Positions 10,521 through 21,105 of a stretch of 64,000 bases of DNA are shown here, in pieces. The position numbers and the translations under genes are program-made. Under the pieces are notes generated by a model, which had not been told where the DNA came from, ran no database searches, and saw only the letters and a program-made list of their open reading frames with translations. Location of the stretch: NCBI GenBank assembly GCA_902602885.1, contig CACKSM010000001.1, positions 81,888 through 145,887 of the forward strand, in the 5' to 3' direction. Source of the DNA: an uncultured Alphaproteobacteria bacterium (lineage in GTDB: Bacteria > Pseudomonadota > Alphaproteobacteria > HIMB59 > GCA-002718135). Every line of letters starts with the position of its first letter. Position 1 is the stretch's first letter.

Positions 10521-10574
10521 TTATCTAAATATTGTTATTAGTTATTTTTTTACAATTATAATACAAATTTTCTT

Positions 10575-11693
10575 ATGTTCAAACATTTAGCTTCCAATCC
10601 TGATAATTCAAATGGAAGATTATATAATGAACTAGATGATGATTTGAGAAATCCTTTTGAAAGAGACAGAGCTAGAGTTATCCATTCTAATTCATTTAGA
10701 AAATTAAAACACAAAACTCAAGTTTTTATTGAAAGTGAGAGTGATTATTTTAGGACAAGACTAACTCATTCTTTGGAAGTTGCTCAAATATCAAGATCAA
10801 TTTGTAGATTACTTGAATTAAATGAAGATCTCGGTGAAACAGTTGCTCTTGCACATGATTTGGGTCATCCCCCTTTTGGTCATATTGGCGAAGATGCACT
10901 TGATAATTCAATGAAAAAGTTTGGAGGTTTTAATCATAATGATCAAACCTTAAGAGTTTTAACATTTATTGAAAAAAGACATCCTGATTTTGATGGATTA
11001 AATCTAACATGGGAAAGTTTAGAGGGAATAATAAAACATAATGGAATTTTGAGTAATCATTTACCCTACCACTTAGATAATTATTCAAAATTACATAATC
11101 TAAATTTAACTGATCAACCTTATTTAGAATCACAGATAGCAAGTATATCTGATGATATTGCTTATAATAATCACGATGTAGAGGATGCAATTAGAGCAAA
11201 TTTAATATCATTAGATGATATTGAAGAGTTAAGTTTTTTTGAAAAAATTATAATTAATTTAAAGGATCACTATAAAGATATTCCTAATAAACTTCTAGTG
11301 TATCAAGTTTTAAGAAACTCCATATCAAATATGATAAATGATATATATGAAACTACAAAAAAAAATTTAATTGAAAATAATATCAATTCTATTGATGATA
11401 TTCGTAAAAAAAATAATTTCGTTGTTTCGTTTTCAAATGAAATGAAGAATAATTGTGACATAATTAAAAAATTCTTATTTAATAAAGTTTATAATCATAG
11501 TCATTTATCAGATAAGAGACAGTATTCAAAAAAGGTTATATCTACTTTGTTTACTTATTTCGTAAAAAATAATAATAAACTACCAATAGATTGGAGAAAT
11601 CAAAATATTGAAATTGAAAGATTAATTTGTGATTATATTTCAGGAATGACGGATAGATTTGCTCTAAATTTATATAAGGAGATTAGTGAATAA
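10575..11693 (+). CDS. dgt: dGTPase-like HD-domain triphosphohydrolase
   Basis: FERDRARVIHSNSFRKLKHKTQVF, RLTHSLEV and HDLGHPPFGH. Confidence 0.85.
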   Translation: MFKHLASNPDNSNGRLYNELDDDLRNPFERDRARVIHSNSFRKLKHKTQVFIESESDYFRTRLTHSLEVAQISRSICRLLELNEDLGETVALAHDLGHPPFGHIGEDALDNSMKKFGGFNHNDQTLRVLTFIEKRHPDFDGLNLTWESLEGIIKHNGILSNHLPYHLDNYSKLHNLNLTDQPYLESQIASISDDIAYNNHDVEDAIRANLISLDDIEELSFFEKIIINLKDHYKDIPNKLLVYQVLRNSISNMINDIYETTKKNLIENNINSIDDIRKKNNFVVSFSNEMKNNCDIIKKFLFNKVYNHSHLSDKRQYSKKVISTLFTYFVKNNNKLPIDWRNQNIEIERLICDYISGMTDRFALNLYKEISE

Positions 11694-13416
11694 TTTTATA
11701 AAAGACCTTTCAGATTTTTTATTTGATTTTACAGATTTTTTAGAAACTAATAAATTAATATCTCCAATCAATAAAAAACAGATTAGCATCGATTATTCTT
11801 CAAATAATAAACAAGGTGATTTAGCGACGAACTTTTATTTGATAGTTAAAAGAAAAATTATTAATGAAAACTTTAATATTGAAAAAGAATTAAATAACAG
11901 AATTAAATCAATTGGATTTATTGATCATTTTGTGGTTTCAAAAAATGGTTTTATTAATTTTTTTCTAAAAGATGAATTTGTATTAAGAAGTTTAAAAGAA
12001 ATTTATAGTAAAAATTTTTTAAATTATATTAATTATGGTGCAGATAAAAAAATAAATGTCGAATTTGTTTCAGCTAACCCAACTGGACCATTGCATATAG
12101 CCCATATAAGAGGTGCTGTATTTGGAGATGTATTAAGCTCCCTTTATACTAAAACAGGTTTTGATGTTACTAGAGAGTATTACGTAAATGATGCAGGTTC
12201 TCAAATTGATAAATTATCAAACTCTCTTTTGAAACGATATTTACAATTATTTGATAAAAAAATTGAATTAGAAGAAGATGAGTATCCTGGTGAATACCTA
12301 ATAGATATTGCAAAAAAAATTAAAAATGAAGATGGTGATAAGTGGTTAAGCTTTCAGCAAGAAAAAACTATTCAATATTTTAAAAATTTTGCATTAAAAA
12401 ATATACTTTTAAGCATAAAATCAGATTTAGAATTAATTAATATAAGATTTGATAAATTTACTCACGAAACTGAAATAGAAAAAAGTAAAATTATTGATGA
12501 ACTTTTTTCAATCTTAGATGAAAAAAAATTACTATATGAAGGTATTTTAGAAAAGCCAAAAGGTGATGATTCTGATTGGGAGCCAAGAGAGCAATTATTA
12601 TTTAGATCCTCTAAATTATTAGACAATGAAGATCGAGCACTAAAAAAATCAAATGGTGAATGGACATATTTTGCTAATGATGCAGCATATCATTTAGATA
12701 AATGTAAAAGAAATTATGATAGATTAGTAAATATTTGGGGGTCTGATCATATTGGCTATATTCCAAGAATGAATTCGTTAATTAAAGCTATTAAAGATGA
12801 TGAAACTTATTTAAATATTTTAACTTGTCAGATTGTAAGTCTAATTCAAAATAAACAAAAAATTAAAATGTCAAAAAGGTCTGGGAATTTTGTGACATTA
12901 GCTAATGTTCATTCTAAAGTTGGTAAAGATCCTATAAGGTACTACATGATTTCTACTAAAAATGAGACAGCAATTGACTTTGATTTAGATGCTGTTGTTG
13001 AAAAAAATAAAGATAATAAAGTTTTTTACTGTCAATATGCACATGCTAGAGCCTCATCAGTAATTAATAAAGCAAACGAATTAGGTATAAAAATTAAAAA
13101 TGATTATAACTTTACTGAAATACAAAATCTTTCTGATGAGGAGTTAAAATTAATTAAAAAGTTAATTTCTTATCCATTTTTATTGTATCAATCATCATAC
13201 TATAATGAACCACATCGACTAATCAATTACTTAGAAGAAATATCGGCTGATTTTCATTCAATTTGGAATAAAGGTAGAGATAATGAATCACTTCGTTTTA
13301 TAGATGAAAAAAATATAGAAAAGACAATTTCAAAAATTTTTTGGTTGGAGTCATTTAGAGTTGTTTTAAAAGATATATTTTCAATTATTGATATCAGTGC
13401 ACCTGAAACAATGTAA
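11686..13416 (+). CDS. argS: Arginyl-tRNA synthetase
   Basis: SANPTGPLHIAHIRG (HIGH) and KMSKRSGN. GTG start overlaps the dgt end by 8 nt. Confidence 0.95.
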   Translation: MNNFIKDLSDFLFDFTDFLETNKLISPINKKQISIDYSSNNKQGDLATNFYLIVKRKIINENFNIEKELNNRIKSIGFIDHFVVSKNGFINFFLKDEFVLRSLKEIYSKNFLNYINYGADKKINVEFVSANPTGPLHIAHIRGAVFGDVLSSLYTKTGFDVTREYYVNDAGSQIDKLSNSLLKRYLQLFDKKIELEEDEYPGEYLIDIAKKIKNEDGDKWLSFQQEKTIQYFKNFALKNILLSIKSDLELINIRFDKFTHETEIEKSKIIDELFSILDEKKLLYEGILEKPKGDDSDWEPREQLLFRSSKLLDNEDRALKKSNGEWTYFANDAAYHLDKCKRNYDRLVNIWGSDHIGYIPRMNSLIKAIKDDETYLNILTCQIVSLIQNKQKIKMSKRSGNFVTLANVHSKVGKDPIRYYMISTKNETAIDFDLDAVVEKNKDNKVFYCQYAHARASSVINKANELGIKIKNDYNFTEIQNLSDEELKLIKKLISYPFLLYQSSYYNEPHRLINYLEEISADFHSIWNKGRDNESLRFIDEKNIEKTISKIFWLESFRVVLKDIFSIIDISAPETM

Positions 13417-13928
13417 TGATTAAAAGAATTATTTTTAAAAGAAAAAATAATTACATTTTAAAATATTCTTTATTATTATTGCTATTTATTATTATTCTTT
13501 ATCTTATCTCATTTTATTATTTTAGTAATAGGGAGTATTTTGTCATTCCTAAATTTACTGATAAATATTTTGTTATTCCTACTAATAAAGAAGGTGAGGT
13601 TGTTGATTATTTAGACAAGAAAAGTTTAAATAACATAGATAATGAAATTCAAGATTTTGATTTTAAAAATATAGACGAACTTGATTTTACAATTCAGTTA
13701 TATAGCAATGATAATTTCGAAAATATTAATAAATACCTGTACAGTTTATTAGAAAATAAAAAAGAAATCATAGATCTTGAAGATATTTTTGTTTTTTATA
13801 AAAAAACTGAAATAGGTACTCAATATTTTATTACCTATAAAAATTACATCTCTAAGAATAATGCTTCTGAAGCTTGTGATTTATTAACTATTGTTAAGAG
13901 TTGCATAATACTTAATTTACAAAATTAA
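13416..13928 (+). CDS. Membrane-anchored protein with C-terminal SPOR-like domain (tentative)
   Basis: One N-terminal TM segment. The C-terminal FTIQLYS...YFITYKNY pattern resembles a SPOR repeat. Lies downstream of argS, as in other alphaproteobacteria (from memory). Confidence 0.4.
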   Translation: MIKRIIFKRKNNYILKYSLLLLLFIIILYLISFYYFSNREYFVIPKFTDKYFVIPTNKEGEVVDYLDKKSLNNIDNEIQDFDFKNIDELDFTIQLYSNDNFENINKYLYSLLENKKEIIDLEDIFVFYKKTEIGTQYFITYKNYISKNNASEACDLLTIVKSCIILNLQN

Positions 13929-13967
13929 TAATATTGAGAGAATCTCATTAATTTTATATAAAAAATT

Positions 13968-14735
13968 GTGTTAAATGTTCCAGATACAGAAATAAAAGAA
14001 GGTCAATTTAACCTATTATTAGACAATTTTGAGGGCCCTATAGACCTTTTGTTGGTTTTGGCTAGATCACAGAAGGTTGATTTATCTGATATATCTATCT
14101 CTGAGTTAGCTGACCAATATATTAATTTTATTAATCAATATAGAAATATTCATATTGAAATAGCAGCTGATTATTTAGTGATGGCAGCATGGCTAACGTA
14201 TTTGAAATCAAGATTACTATTACCAAAAGAAGAAAAAACAGATGAATATACAGCCGATGAGTTAGAAGAGGCATTAAAATATCAATTACAGAGATTAGAG
14301 GCTTTTCAAAATATTTCTAAAATCATATATTCAAGACCTCTTGTTAATAGAGATGTATTTTATGGGGGGTCATCTGAAGGCCTCAAAGTTAAATATAATA
14401 TAAATTATACATCTAATTTATATGACTTACTAAAATCATATAGTCAAATACTTAAATCGAATGAACAGGTAAAACAATTAACTATTGAGTATTCAGAACT
14501 TTATTCAGTTGATCAAGCAGTTAAAAGATTAAAAGGTATTTTTGGAAATATTACAGAATGGACTAATTTTTTAAATGTAATTCCAAATTTAATTAAAGCT
14601 AATAAAACAATTAATAAATCAATTATCTCATCTAACTTTGTTGCTTCTTTAGAATTATCAAAAAATGGATTTATTGATTTAAAACAAGATGAAAGTTTTG
14701 GTAATATTTATATAAAATTTAATCAAAATGGATAA
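13968..14735 (+). CDS. scpA: Segregation and condensation protein A
   Basis: FEGPIDLLLVLARSQKVDLSDISISELADQY, typical of the ScpA N-terminus. Followed by scpB. Confidence 0.85.
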   Translation: MLNVPDTEIKEGQFNLLLDNFEGPIDLLLVLARSQKVDLSDISISELADQYINFINQYRNIHIEIAADYLVMAAWLTYLKSRLLLPKEEKTDEYTADELEEALKYQLQRLEAFQNISKIIYSRPLVNRDVFYGGSSEGLKVKYNINYTSNLYDLLKSYSQILKSNEQVKQLTIEYSELYSVDQAVKRLKGIFGNITEWTNFLNVIPNLIKANKTINKSIISSNFVASLELSKNGFIDLKQDESFGNIYIKFNQNG

Positions 14736-15363
14736 CAAAGATATTAAAATATTAGAAGCAATATTATTTGCATCAGGAGAGCCAGTTGATGAAAATGATT
14801 TAAAAGACAAAATTAAAGAAAAAAATAATATAAGTAAGCTATTACAAGAAATTAAAGATTTTTATAAAAATAGAGGTATTAATTTATTCAAAACTGGCAA
14901 CAAATGGTCTTTTAGAACTGCAGAAGATCTCAGTGATGAATTAACTATTTTTAAAACTCAGAAAAGAAAATTATCAAGAGCAGCACTAGAAACATTATCT
15001 ATAATTGCTTACCAACAACCAATAACAAGATCAGAAATTGAAAATATTAGAGGTGTTCAAATGGGTAGAGGCTCTCTAGATCATTTGATGGAAATAGGAT
15101 GGATACGTCCTTCAGGTAGGAAAAGTATACCTGGTAAACCTACTTTATGGTCTACCACGGATTTGTTTGTGGAACATTTTGGATTGAATAGTTTATCTGA
15201 TTTACCTAATAAAGAGGAGCTAAAGGCAAGTGGTTTTCTAGATAAACGTGCTGCGATTGCAACTATCAGTGATCTTGCTAAAAATGATGAAAATTTACAA
15301 AGTAATGATAATTTAGAACAGGATGATGAAAATAATATTGATGATTTTATTCAAAATACTTAG
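14728..15363 (+). CDS. scpB: Segregation and condensation protein B
   Basis: LEAILFASGEPV..., LSRAALETLSIIAYQQPITRSEIENIRGV. Confidence 0.85.
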   Translation: MDNKDIKILEAILFASGEPVDENDLKDKIKEKNNISKLLQEIKDFYKNRGINLFKTGNKWSFRTAEDLSDELTIFKTQKRKLSRAALETLSIIAYQQPITRSEIENIRGVQMGRGSLDHLMEIGWIRPSGRKSIPGKPTLWSTTDLFVEHFGLNSLSDLPNKEELKASGFLDKRAAIATISDLAKNDENLQSNDNLEQDDENNIDDFIQNT

Positions 15364-15413
15364 TTAAGTTATTACTTCTTGTTTTTTTCCTATAGTTTCC
15401 GTATAAGCCCCTT

Positions 15414-15599
15414 ATGACACCTAGTATTTGGCAATTATTAATCGTACTTGTTATTGTTCTACTTCTTTTCGGTAGAGGTAAAATACCTCAACTTATGGGT
15501 GATATGGCAAAAGGAATCAAATCATTCAAGAGAGGAATGTCTGACGAAGAAAAAAAAGAAGATAAAAATTTAGAGAATAAAAACGACGAAGAAAAGTAA
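15414..15599 (+). CDS. tatA: Twin-arginine translocase TatA/E
   Basis: 61 aa with a single TM helix and [23 protein letters not shown]. Confidence 0.85.
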   Translation: MTPSIWQLLIVLVIVLLLFGRGKIPQLMGDMAKGIKSFKRGMSDEEKKEDKNLENKNDEEK

Positions 15600-15604
15600 A
15601 TATA

Positions 15605-15919
15605 ATGTTTACTTTTGGTTGGAGTGAAATTTTCTTAATTGGAATAATTGTAGTCGTTGTTATTGGCCCAAAAGATCTTCCAAAATTCATTAAACAAGTT
15701 GGATCTTTTACTAAATATATTAAAAAAATGTCTTCTGAATTTAAGTCATCTATAAATGAAATTGCTGAAGAGGAAGAAATTAAAGAATTAGCTAAATCAG
15801 TTAAAGAAGTAAAAAAAATAAAAGACGGCATTAATATCAAAAAAAATTTTGAAAATGAGATTAAAGAAGTTCAAGAAACAGTGAAAATGACCGAAGATGA
15901 ATTTTCAAAAAAAAATTAA
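15605..15919 (+). CDS. tatB: Twin-arginine translocase TatB
   Basis: MFTFGWSEIFLIGIIVVVVIGPKDLPKF, located between tatA and tatC. Confidence 0.75.
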   Translation: MFTFGWSEIFLIGIIVVVVIGPKDLPKFIKQVGSFTKYIKKMSSEFKSSINEIAEEEEIKELAKSVKEVKKIKDGINIKKNFENEIKEVQETVKMTEDEFSKKN

Positions 15920-15934
15920 TTTATTATTTTTGTA

Positions 15935-16690
15935 ATGGCCGAAGAAAAATTTGAAGAAATGTCTTTAATAGGACATCTAACTGAGTTACGAAAAAGACTA
16001 CTATGGAGTTTTTTATATATTTTATTAATCTTCATTGTTTGTTTTTACTTTGCAGATGAATTATTTGCCTTTTTAGCTAGTCCTCTAGTAGAACTATTTG
16101 ATAAAGATAAAGGTCAAGGTTTTATTTATACAGCTTTACAAGAAGCTTTTTTTACAGAATTAAAAATAGCTTTTTTCTTTGCTTTATTTTTTTCATTCCC
16201 ATTAATTGCAATACAAATATGGAGATTTATTGCACCAGGACTATACAAAAAGGAAAAGAGAGCTTTTTTACCCTATTTAGTTGCGACTCCAATTTTATTT
16301 TTTGCAGGTGGATCAATGGTTTATTATATTATTGCACCGTTAGCCTGGTCTTTTTTCCTATCATATCAAAACCTTGGCTCTAGTGGCGTTCCTATTCGAT
16401 TAGAAGCTAAAATGGGAGAATATTTATCCCTTATGATGCGATTTATTTTTGCTTTTGGTCTAGCATTTCAGCTTCCTGTTGTTTTATCTTTAATGGCGAG
16501 AGTAGGGATGGTTACTTATGAATCACTTAAAAAATTTAGAAAATATGCAATTGTATTAGCATTTTTATCAGCTGCATTCTTAACTCCACCTGATCCATTT
16601 AGTCAAATTAGTTTAGCTTTGCCAATTATATTTTTATACGAAGTTTCAATTTATATTGCAAAACTAATACAAAAAAATAAAGATAAGTAA
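15935..16690 (+). CDS. tatC: Twin-arginine translocase TatC
   Basis: HLTELRKRLL, six TM segments, LTPPDPFSQ motif. Confidence 0.92.
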   Translation: MAEEKFEEMSLIGHLTELRKRLLWSFLYILLIFIVCFYFADELFAFLASPLVELFDKDKGQGFIYTALQEAFFTELKIAFFFALFFSFPLIAIQIWRFIAPGLYKKEKRAFLPYLVATPILFFAGGSMVYYIIAPLAWSFFLSYQNLGSSGVPIRLEAKMGEYLSLMMRFIFAFGLAFQLPVVLSLMARVGMVTYESLKKFRKYAIVLAFLSAAFLTPPDPFSQISLALPIIFLYEVSIYIAKLIQKNKDK

Positions 16691-17952
16691 TGCATAATAT
16701 TAATTTTATTAGAGAAAACCCCACAGAGTTTGATAATTATATGAAACAAAGAGGAGAGCATCCAATATCAAATAAAATATTAGAACTAGATAAAGTTAAA
16801 AGAGAAACTCAGACTGTTCTTCAGAACCTTTTAGCTGAAAGAAACTCTATTTCTAAAAATATCGGTAAACTTAAAAGTGAAAATAAAGATGCTTCATCAG
16901 AAATTAATAAAGTTGATGAAATTAAAAATAAAATTAATAATTTAAAGGAACTTGAGACCATTAAAGACGAGGAGCTAAAAACTATCCTTTCAAGACTTCC
17001 AAATATAGCTGATAAGACTGTACCTATAGGAACCAATGAAGCAGACAATACAAAATATAGAGAATGGGGTGAAAAACCAGAATTTGATTTTAATCCTAAA
17101 ACTCATTTTGAATTAGGGGAAAATTTAGGTTTAATGAATTTTGAAACTGCATCTAAATTATCAGGATCTAGATTTGTATTATTAAAAAATCAACTTTCTA
17201 AGTTGGAAAGAGCAATAGCAAATTTTATGTTAGATAAGCATACGAATGAAAATGGTTATATTGAATATAATTTACCTTTTTTGGTTAAAGATTCTGCTCT
17301 TTTTGGAACAGGGCAATTACCTAAATTTGGTGAAGATTTATTTACTGCTGGGGAAAATCATTGGTTAATACCAACTGCTGAAGTTCCTTTAACAAACATG
17401 GTTAGAAAGGAAATACTTAACCAAAATCAATTACCCATGAGAGTAACTTCTTATACCCCATGTTTTAGATCAGAGGCTGGTGCTGCTGGTAAGGATACTC
17501 GTGGTATGTTAAGACAGCATCAATTTACTAAAGTTGAATTAGTTTCAATAGTAGAGCCGCAGCATTCACAAGATGAATTAGAAAGAATGCTTGAAAGCGC
17601 TGAGAGTATTCTTCAAGATTTAAATATTCATTATAGGATTATGACTTTGTGTACTGGTGATATGGGCTTTTCAGCATCAAAAACATACGATATTGAAGTG
17701 TGGCTTCCAGGTGAAAATACTTATAGAGAAATTTCAAGCTGCTCAAATTGTAATGATTTTCAAGCTAGAAGAATGAATACAAGATATAAATTAGAAAATA
17801 AAAATATTTTTGTTCATACACTTAATGGATCCGGATTAGCAGTAGGAAGAACACTAATTGCTATACTTGAAAATTATCAAATGAAAGATGGAAATATTAA
17901 AATTCCAGAAGTTTTGAAAAAATATTTCAATAATTCTGATACTCTTATCTAG
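16690..17952 (+). CDS. serS: Seryl-tRNA synthetase
   Basis: N-terminal coiled coil, TGQLPKF, FRSEAG, GSGLAVGRTL. Confidence 0.97.
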   Translation: MHNINFIRENPTEFDNYMKQRGEHPISNKILELDKVKRETQTVLQNLLAERNSISKNIGKLKSENKDASSEINKVDEIKNKINNLKELETIKDEELKTILSRLPNIADKTVPIGTNEADNTKYREWGEKPEFDFNPKTHFELGENLGLMNFETASKLSGSRFVLLKNQLSKLERAIANFMLDKHTNENGYIEYNLPFLVKDSALFGTGQLPKFGEDLFTAGENHWLIPTAEVPLTNMVRKEILNQNQLPMRVTSYTPCFRSEAGAAGKDTRGMLRQHQFTKVELVSIVEPQHSQDELERMLESAESILQDLNIHYRIMTLCTGDMGFSASKTYDIEVWLPGENTYREISSCSNCNDFQARRMNTRYKLENKNIFVHTLNGSGLAVGRTLIAILENYQMKDGNIKIPEVLKKYFNNSDTLI

Positions 17953-18578
17953 TGCTTGATGTAAGGAAAATAAGATTAATACTCGAGTTACGAGAGTCAG
18001 GTATTAGTAATGCTGAAGTTCTCTCTGCAATAGAAAAAATTCCAAGAGAAAAGTTTATTAGTGAAGCTTACAGAAATCAAGCTTATGAAAATATAGCTTT
18101 ACCAATTGAAAATAATCAAACAATTAGTCAGCCCTACGTTGTGGCAAGGATGACTGAATTACTTGATGTTAAAAGTAACCACAAGGTATTAGAAATAGGC
18201 ACTGGTAGCGGATATCAGTGCGCAGTATTATCAATCTTGGCAAGGCGTGTATACACGATTGAAAGAATTAAAAATTTACATGAAGGTTCTAATAATATTT
18301 TTGAGAAATTAAAATTAACTAATATTGTTTCAAAATACGATGATGGTAATAATGGTTGGATTGAACAAATACCTTTTGATAGAATAATATTTACAGCAGC
18401 ATCAAAAAAAATAAATAATGAAATTTTTTCTCATATTGAAAATGAAGGAATTATTGTTTGTCCTATTGTTAAAAATAACAAGCAAATACTTGTAAAATAT
18501 ATAAAACAAAATAATAAAATTATTTCTGAAGAATATGATGATGTTTTATTTGTTCCAAATCTTCAAGGTGTAGTATAG
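17952..18578 (+). CDS. pcm: Protein-L-isoaspartate O-methyltransferase
   Basis: QTISQPYVVARM and VLEIGTGSGYQ. GTG start overlaps the serS stop by 1 nt. Confidence 0.88.
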   Translation: MLDVRKIRLILELRESGISNAEVLSAIEKIPREKFISEAYRNQAYENIALPIENNQTISQPYVVARMTELLDVKSNHKVLEIGTGSGYQCAVLSILARRVYTIERIKNLHEGSNNIFEKLKLTNIVSKYDDGNNGWIEQIPFDRIIFTAASKKINNEIFSHIENEGIIVCPIVKNNKQILVKYIKQNNKIISEEYDDVLFVPNLQGVV

Positions 18579-19936
18579 CTACTTTGAATATTTCGAATTT
18601 TATTTGAAGAATAAAAATAATATAAGATACCAATTATCCAATGAACAAGAGTTAACCCAATAAACATATAGATATAGTTTTCTTCTATAAAATTATTTAC
18701 AAATAATATTACAATTATAGGCACTAATACAAACCTAAGTATCGCCATATACATTACTATTATTGCTTTTTTTAGCCCTTGGAATGAAGCATTAGAAATA
18801 AAGAAGAATGGAAAAGCCGGAAAACCAAGTGCGTATATTTTAAGATATATTGATCCATAGTAAATTACTTCCTTATCATCAGTAAATAATCTCATTGAAT
18901 CTTCTGCAGTTATAAATAAAATTAATCCTGCGATAGTTAATATTATTACACCAGTAATCATAGCTTTATTATAAGTTTCTAAAATTCTTCCATAGTTTTT
19001 AGCACCAAAATTCTGACCCACAATTGCGGTTACTGCTGTACTTAATCCTAACAAGGGTAAGAAAAGTAGTTGTTCGTATCTTCCAGCTGAGGAAAAACCT
19101 GCAATTGCATCATTACCAAAACGACTGACAAAAAATAATAATATATATGATCCGAGAGCAATCATCATCAATCCTAATGCCGCTGGAATAGCCTGAAATG
19201 AAATTTCCTTAATTAAACTTAATTTAGGAATTAAATAATTATTTTTAAAGTTTTCAAAAATCTCTGTTCTATAAATTTTATATAATAAATATAACAGACC
19301 AATTATTTGAGAGAGTATGGTAGCTATTGCTATTCCAGTTATACCCATTGGCATAAATAATTCAAAATTAATTATTTTTCCTGTAATTAATATTGGATTT
19401 AAAATTATATTAAGAAAAAAACTAAAAATTAAAACATTTCTATAACTTTTTGTATCTCCTTGAGCTGATAAACAAGAATTACATACCATGAGTAAAAGAA
19501 TTATGACTGATCCTAAATAAATTACGTTCATATATAATGACGAAAGTTTTAGGGTTTTTGGATCATCATTTATAGATTCTAAAATTATGTTCCCAAAATA
19601 AAGTCCAAAAATAGTTATACCTAAGCCTACTAAAATTGTTACAACAAAAGATTGTGAAAATGCATGACTTGCTTTTTTAATATTTTTTTCTCCTAAAGAA
19701 TTAGCAACATTACTTGTTGTAGCTATGCTGAGTCCTATTCCAAGTGCAATAATTATAAAATATACAGGAAATGTTTGACCAATAGCTGCTAAAGCTGTTT
19801 CAGAAATCATTCTACCTGCAAAAATAGTATCAACTAAAGAATAGAGATTATTAAATATAGTTCCAATTGAGGCTGGCAAAGCAATTTTTATAAATAACTT
19901 ATAGATATCTTCATCAAGTAAATTAATTTTTTTCAT
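18563..19936 (-). CDS. MATE-family efflux transporter
   Basis: 457 aa with about 12 TM segments and N-terminal LALPASIGTIFNNLYSLVDTIFAGR, typical of the MATE/NorM family. Confidence 0.85.
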   Translation of the reverse strand: MKKINLLDEDIYKLFIKIALPASIGTIFNNLYSLVDTIFAGRMISETALAAIGQTFPVYFIIIALGIGLSIATTSNVANSLGEKNIKKASHAFSQSFVVTILVGLGITIFGLYFGNIILESINDDPKTLKLSSLYMNVIYLGSVIILLLMVCNSCLSAQGDTKSYRNVLIFSFFLNIILNPILITGKIINFELFMPMGITGIAIATILSQIIGLLYLLYKIYRTEIFENFKNNYLIPKLSLIKEISFQAIPAALGLMMIALGSYILLFFVSRFGNDAIAGFSSAGRYEQLLFLPLLGLSTAVTAIVGQNFGAKNYGRILETYNKAMITGVIILTIAGLILFITAEDSMRLFTDDKEVIYYGSIYLKIYALGFPAFPFFFISNASFQGLKKAIIVMYMAILRFVLVPIIVILFVNNFIEENYIYMFIGLTLVHWIIGILYYFYSSNKIRNIQSSYTTP

Positions 19937-19938
19937 AT

Positions 19939-20769
19939 TTATAAATATCTTAATTTAAACCTAGTACTATTTTCCTCTTGTTTTAAAATATCTTGAATTT
20001 CATGTATTACCTCTTTGAGGTTTTTCATTATAGATCTATTTGAAAAATTTATTAATAATAAGCCACTTCCTTGCATTCCAACATTGTCTCCATATTTCAT
20101 AATAGGAACTTCAACATTGATAATATTACTTATACCTTTTTTTCTAATATTCTGAATAAAGGAGTCATTTTCCAAAATATTCAAAACTGGATACCATATT
20201 ATGATTTTGGAATTTGAAAATAAATTATCAATATTATTTAGAATCTCTTCTACTTTTTCAAAATCATTCTTTATTTCATATGATGGATCTATAAATACAA
20301 AATAATTATTTTCTTTATTAACTTTATTAAATATAAAGTTAAATCCATCAGCATTTAAAATTTTAGCATTGGTATATTTGTTTAAGTTTTTTTTTAATAA
20401 TTCATATTCATTATTGTGTAGTTCACAAAAAAATAATTTATCTTTTTCATTAGCTATGGACGAAATAAATATAGGTGATCCAGGATAAAAATTATTTTTT
20501 CCAGTAATTTTAGAAATAGTTGAAAGATAATTTCTAATTAAAACATTATTACCTTTGTAATTTTGTATCTTTTTAATTCCTTCTTTATACTCTTTATTTT
20601 TATCCATATACTTTGATATATATTTATAAATTCCATTACCAGAATGAGTATCAACATAACTTATTGAATTATTTACCTTTTTTTCAAGATTATATAAGTA
20701 AAGCATTATAATGTGTTTCATAACATCTGCATGATTTCCAGCATGATATCCGTGTTTATAGCTAAGCAT
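19939..20769 (-). CDS. rlmJ: 23S rRNA (adenine2030-N6)-methyltransferase RlmJ-like
   Basis: MLSYKHGYHAGNHADVMKH N-terminus and internal IDPSYE motif, characteristic of RlmJ/DUF519. Confidence 0.8.
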   Translation of the reverse strand: MLSYKHGYHAGNHADVMKHIIMLYLYNLEKKVNNSISYVDTHSGNGIYKYISKYMDKNKEYKEGIKKIQNYKGNNVLIRNYLSTISKITGKNNFYPGSPIFISSIANEKDKLFFCELHNNEYELLKKNLNKYTNAKILNADGFNFIFNKVNKENNYFVFIDPSYEIKNDFEKVEEILNNIDNLFSNSKIIIWYPVLNILENDSFIQNIRKKGISNIINVEVPIMKYGDNVGMQGSGLLLINFSNRSIMKNLKEVIHEIQDILKQEENSTRFKLRYL

Positions 20770-20894
20770 AAAAATAAAAAAATTGTTGAAATTAATTTCT
20801 TATTAGTTATTTAAAGTATTAAATTAATCAATATACAATATTTATATAAGTTAAATAAATTTAATCCCACAATAATAAATAAGGAGAATACAAT

Positions 20895-21098
20895 ATGCCA
20901 AGTGGTAAAATTAAATGGTTTAATCCGACCAAAGGTTATGGATTTATAGAAAATGATGATGGAGGAAAAGATGTTTTTCTTCATGTTTCAGCTTTAGAAG
21001 CTGCTGGTATTGATACTTTAGAAGAAGGTATGCCAGTTGAATTTGAAATCGGTGAAAACCGTGGAAAAGAAAACGCTATTAATATTAAGAAAAAATAA
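20895..21098 (+). CDS. cspA: Cold-shock domain protein
   Basis: [15 protein letters not shown] (RNP1) and DVFLHVSAL (RNP2). Strong AAGGAG Shine-Dalgarno. 125-nt untranslated leader. Confidence 0.93.
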   Translation: MPSGKIKWFNPTKGYGFIENDDGGKDVFLHVSALEAAGIDTLEEGMPVEFEIGENRGKENAINIKKK

Positions 21099-21105
21099 TA
21101 TTTAA

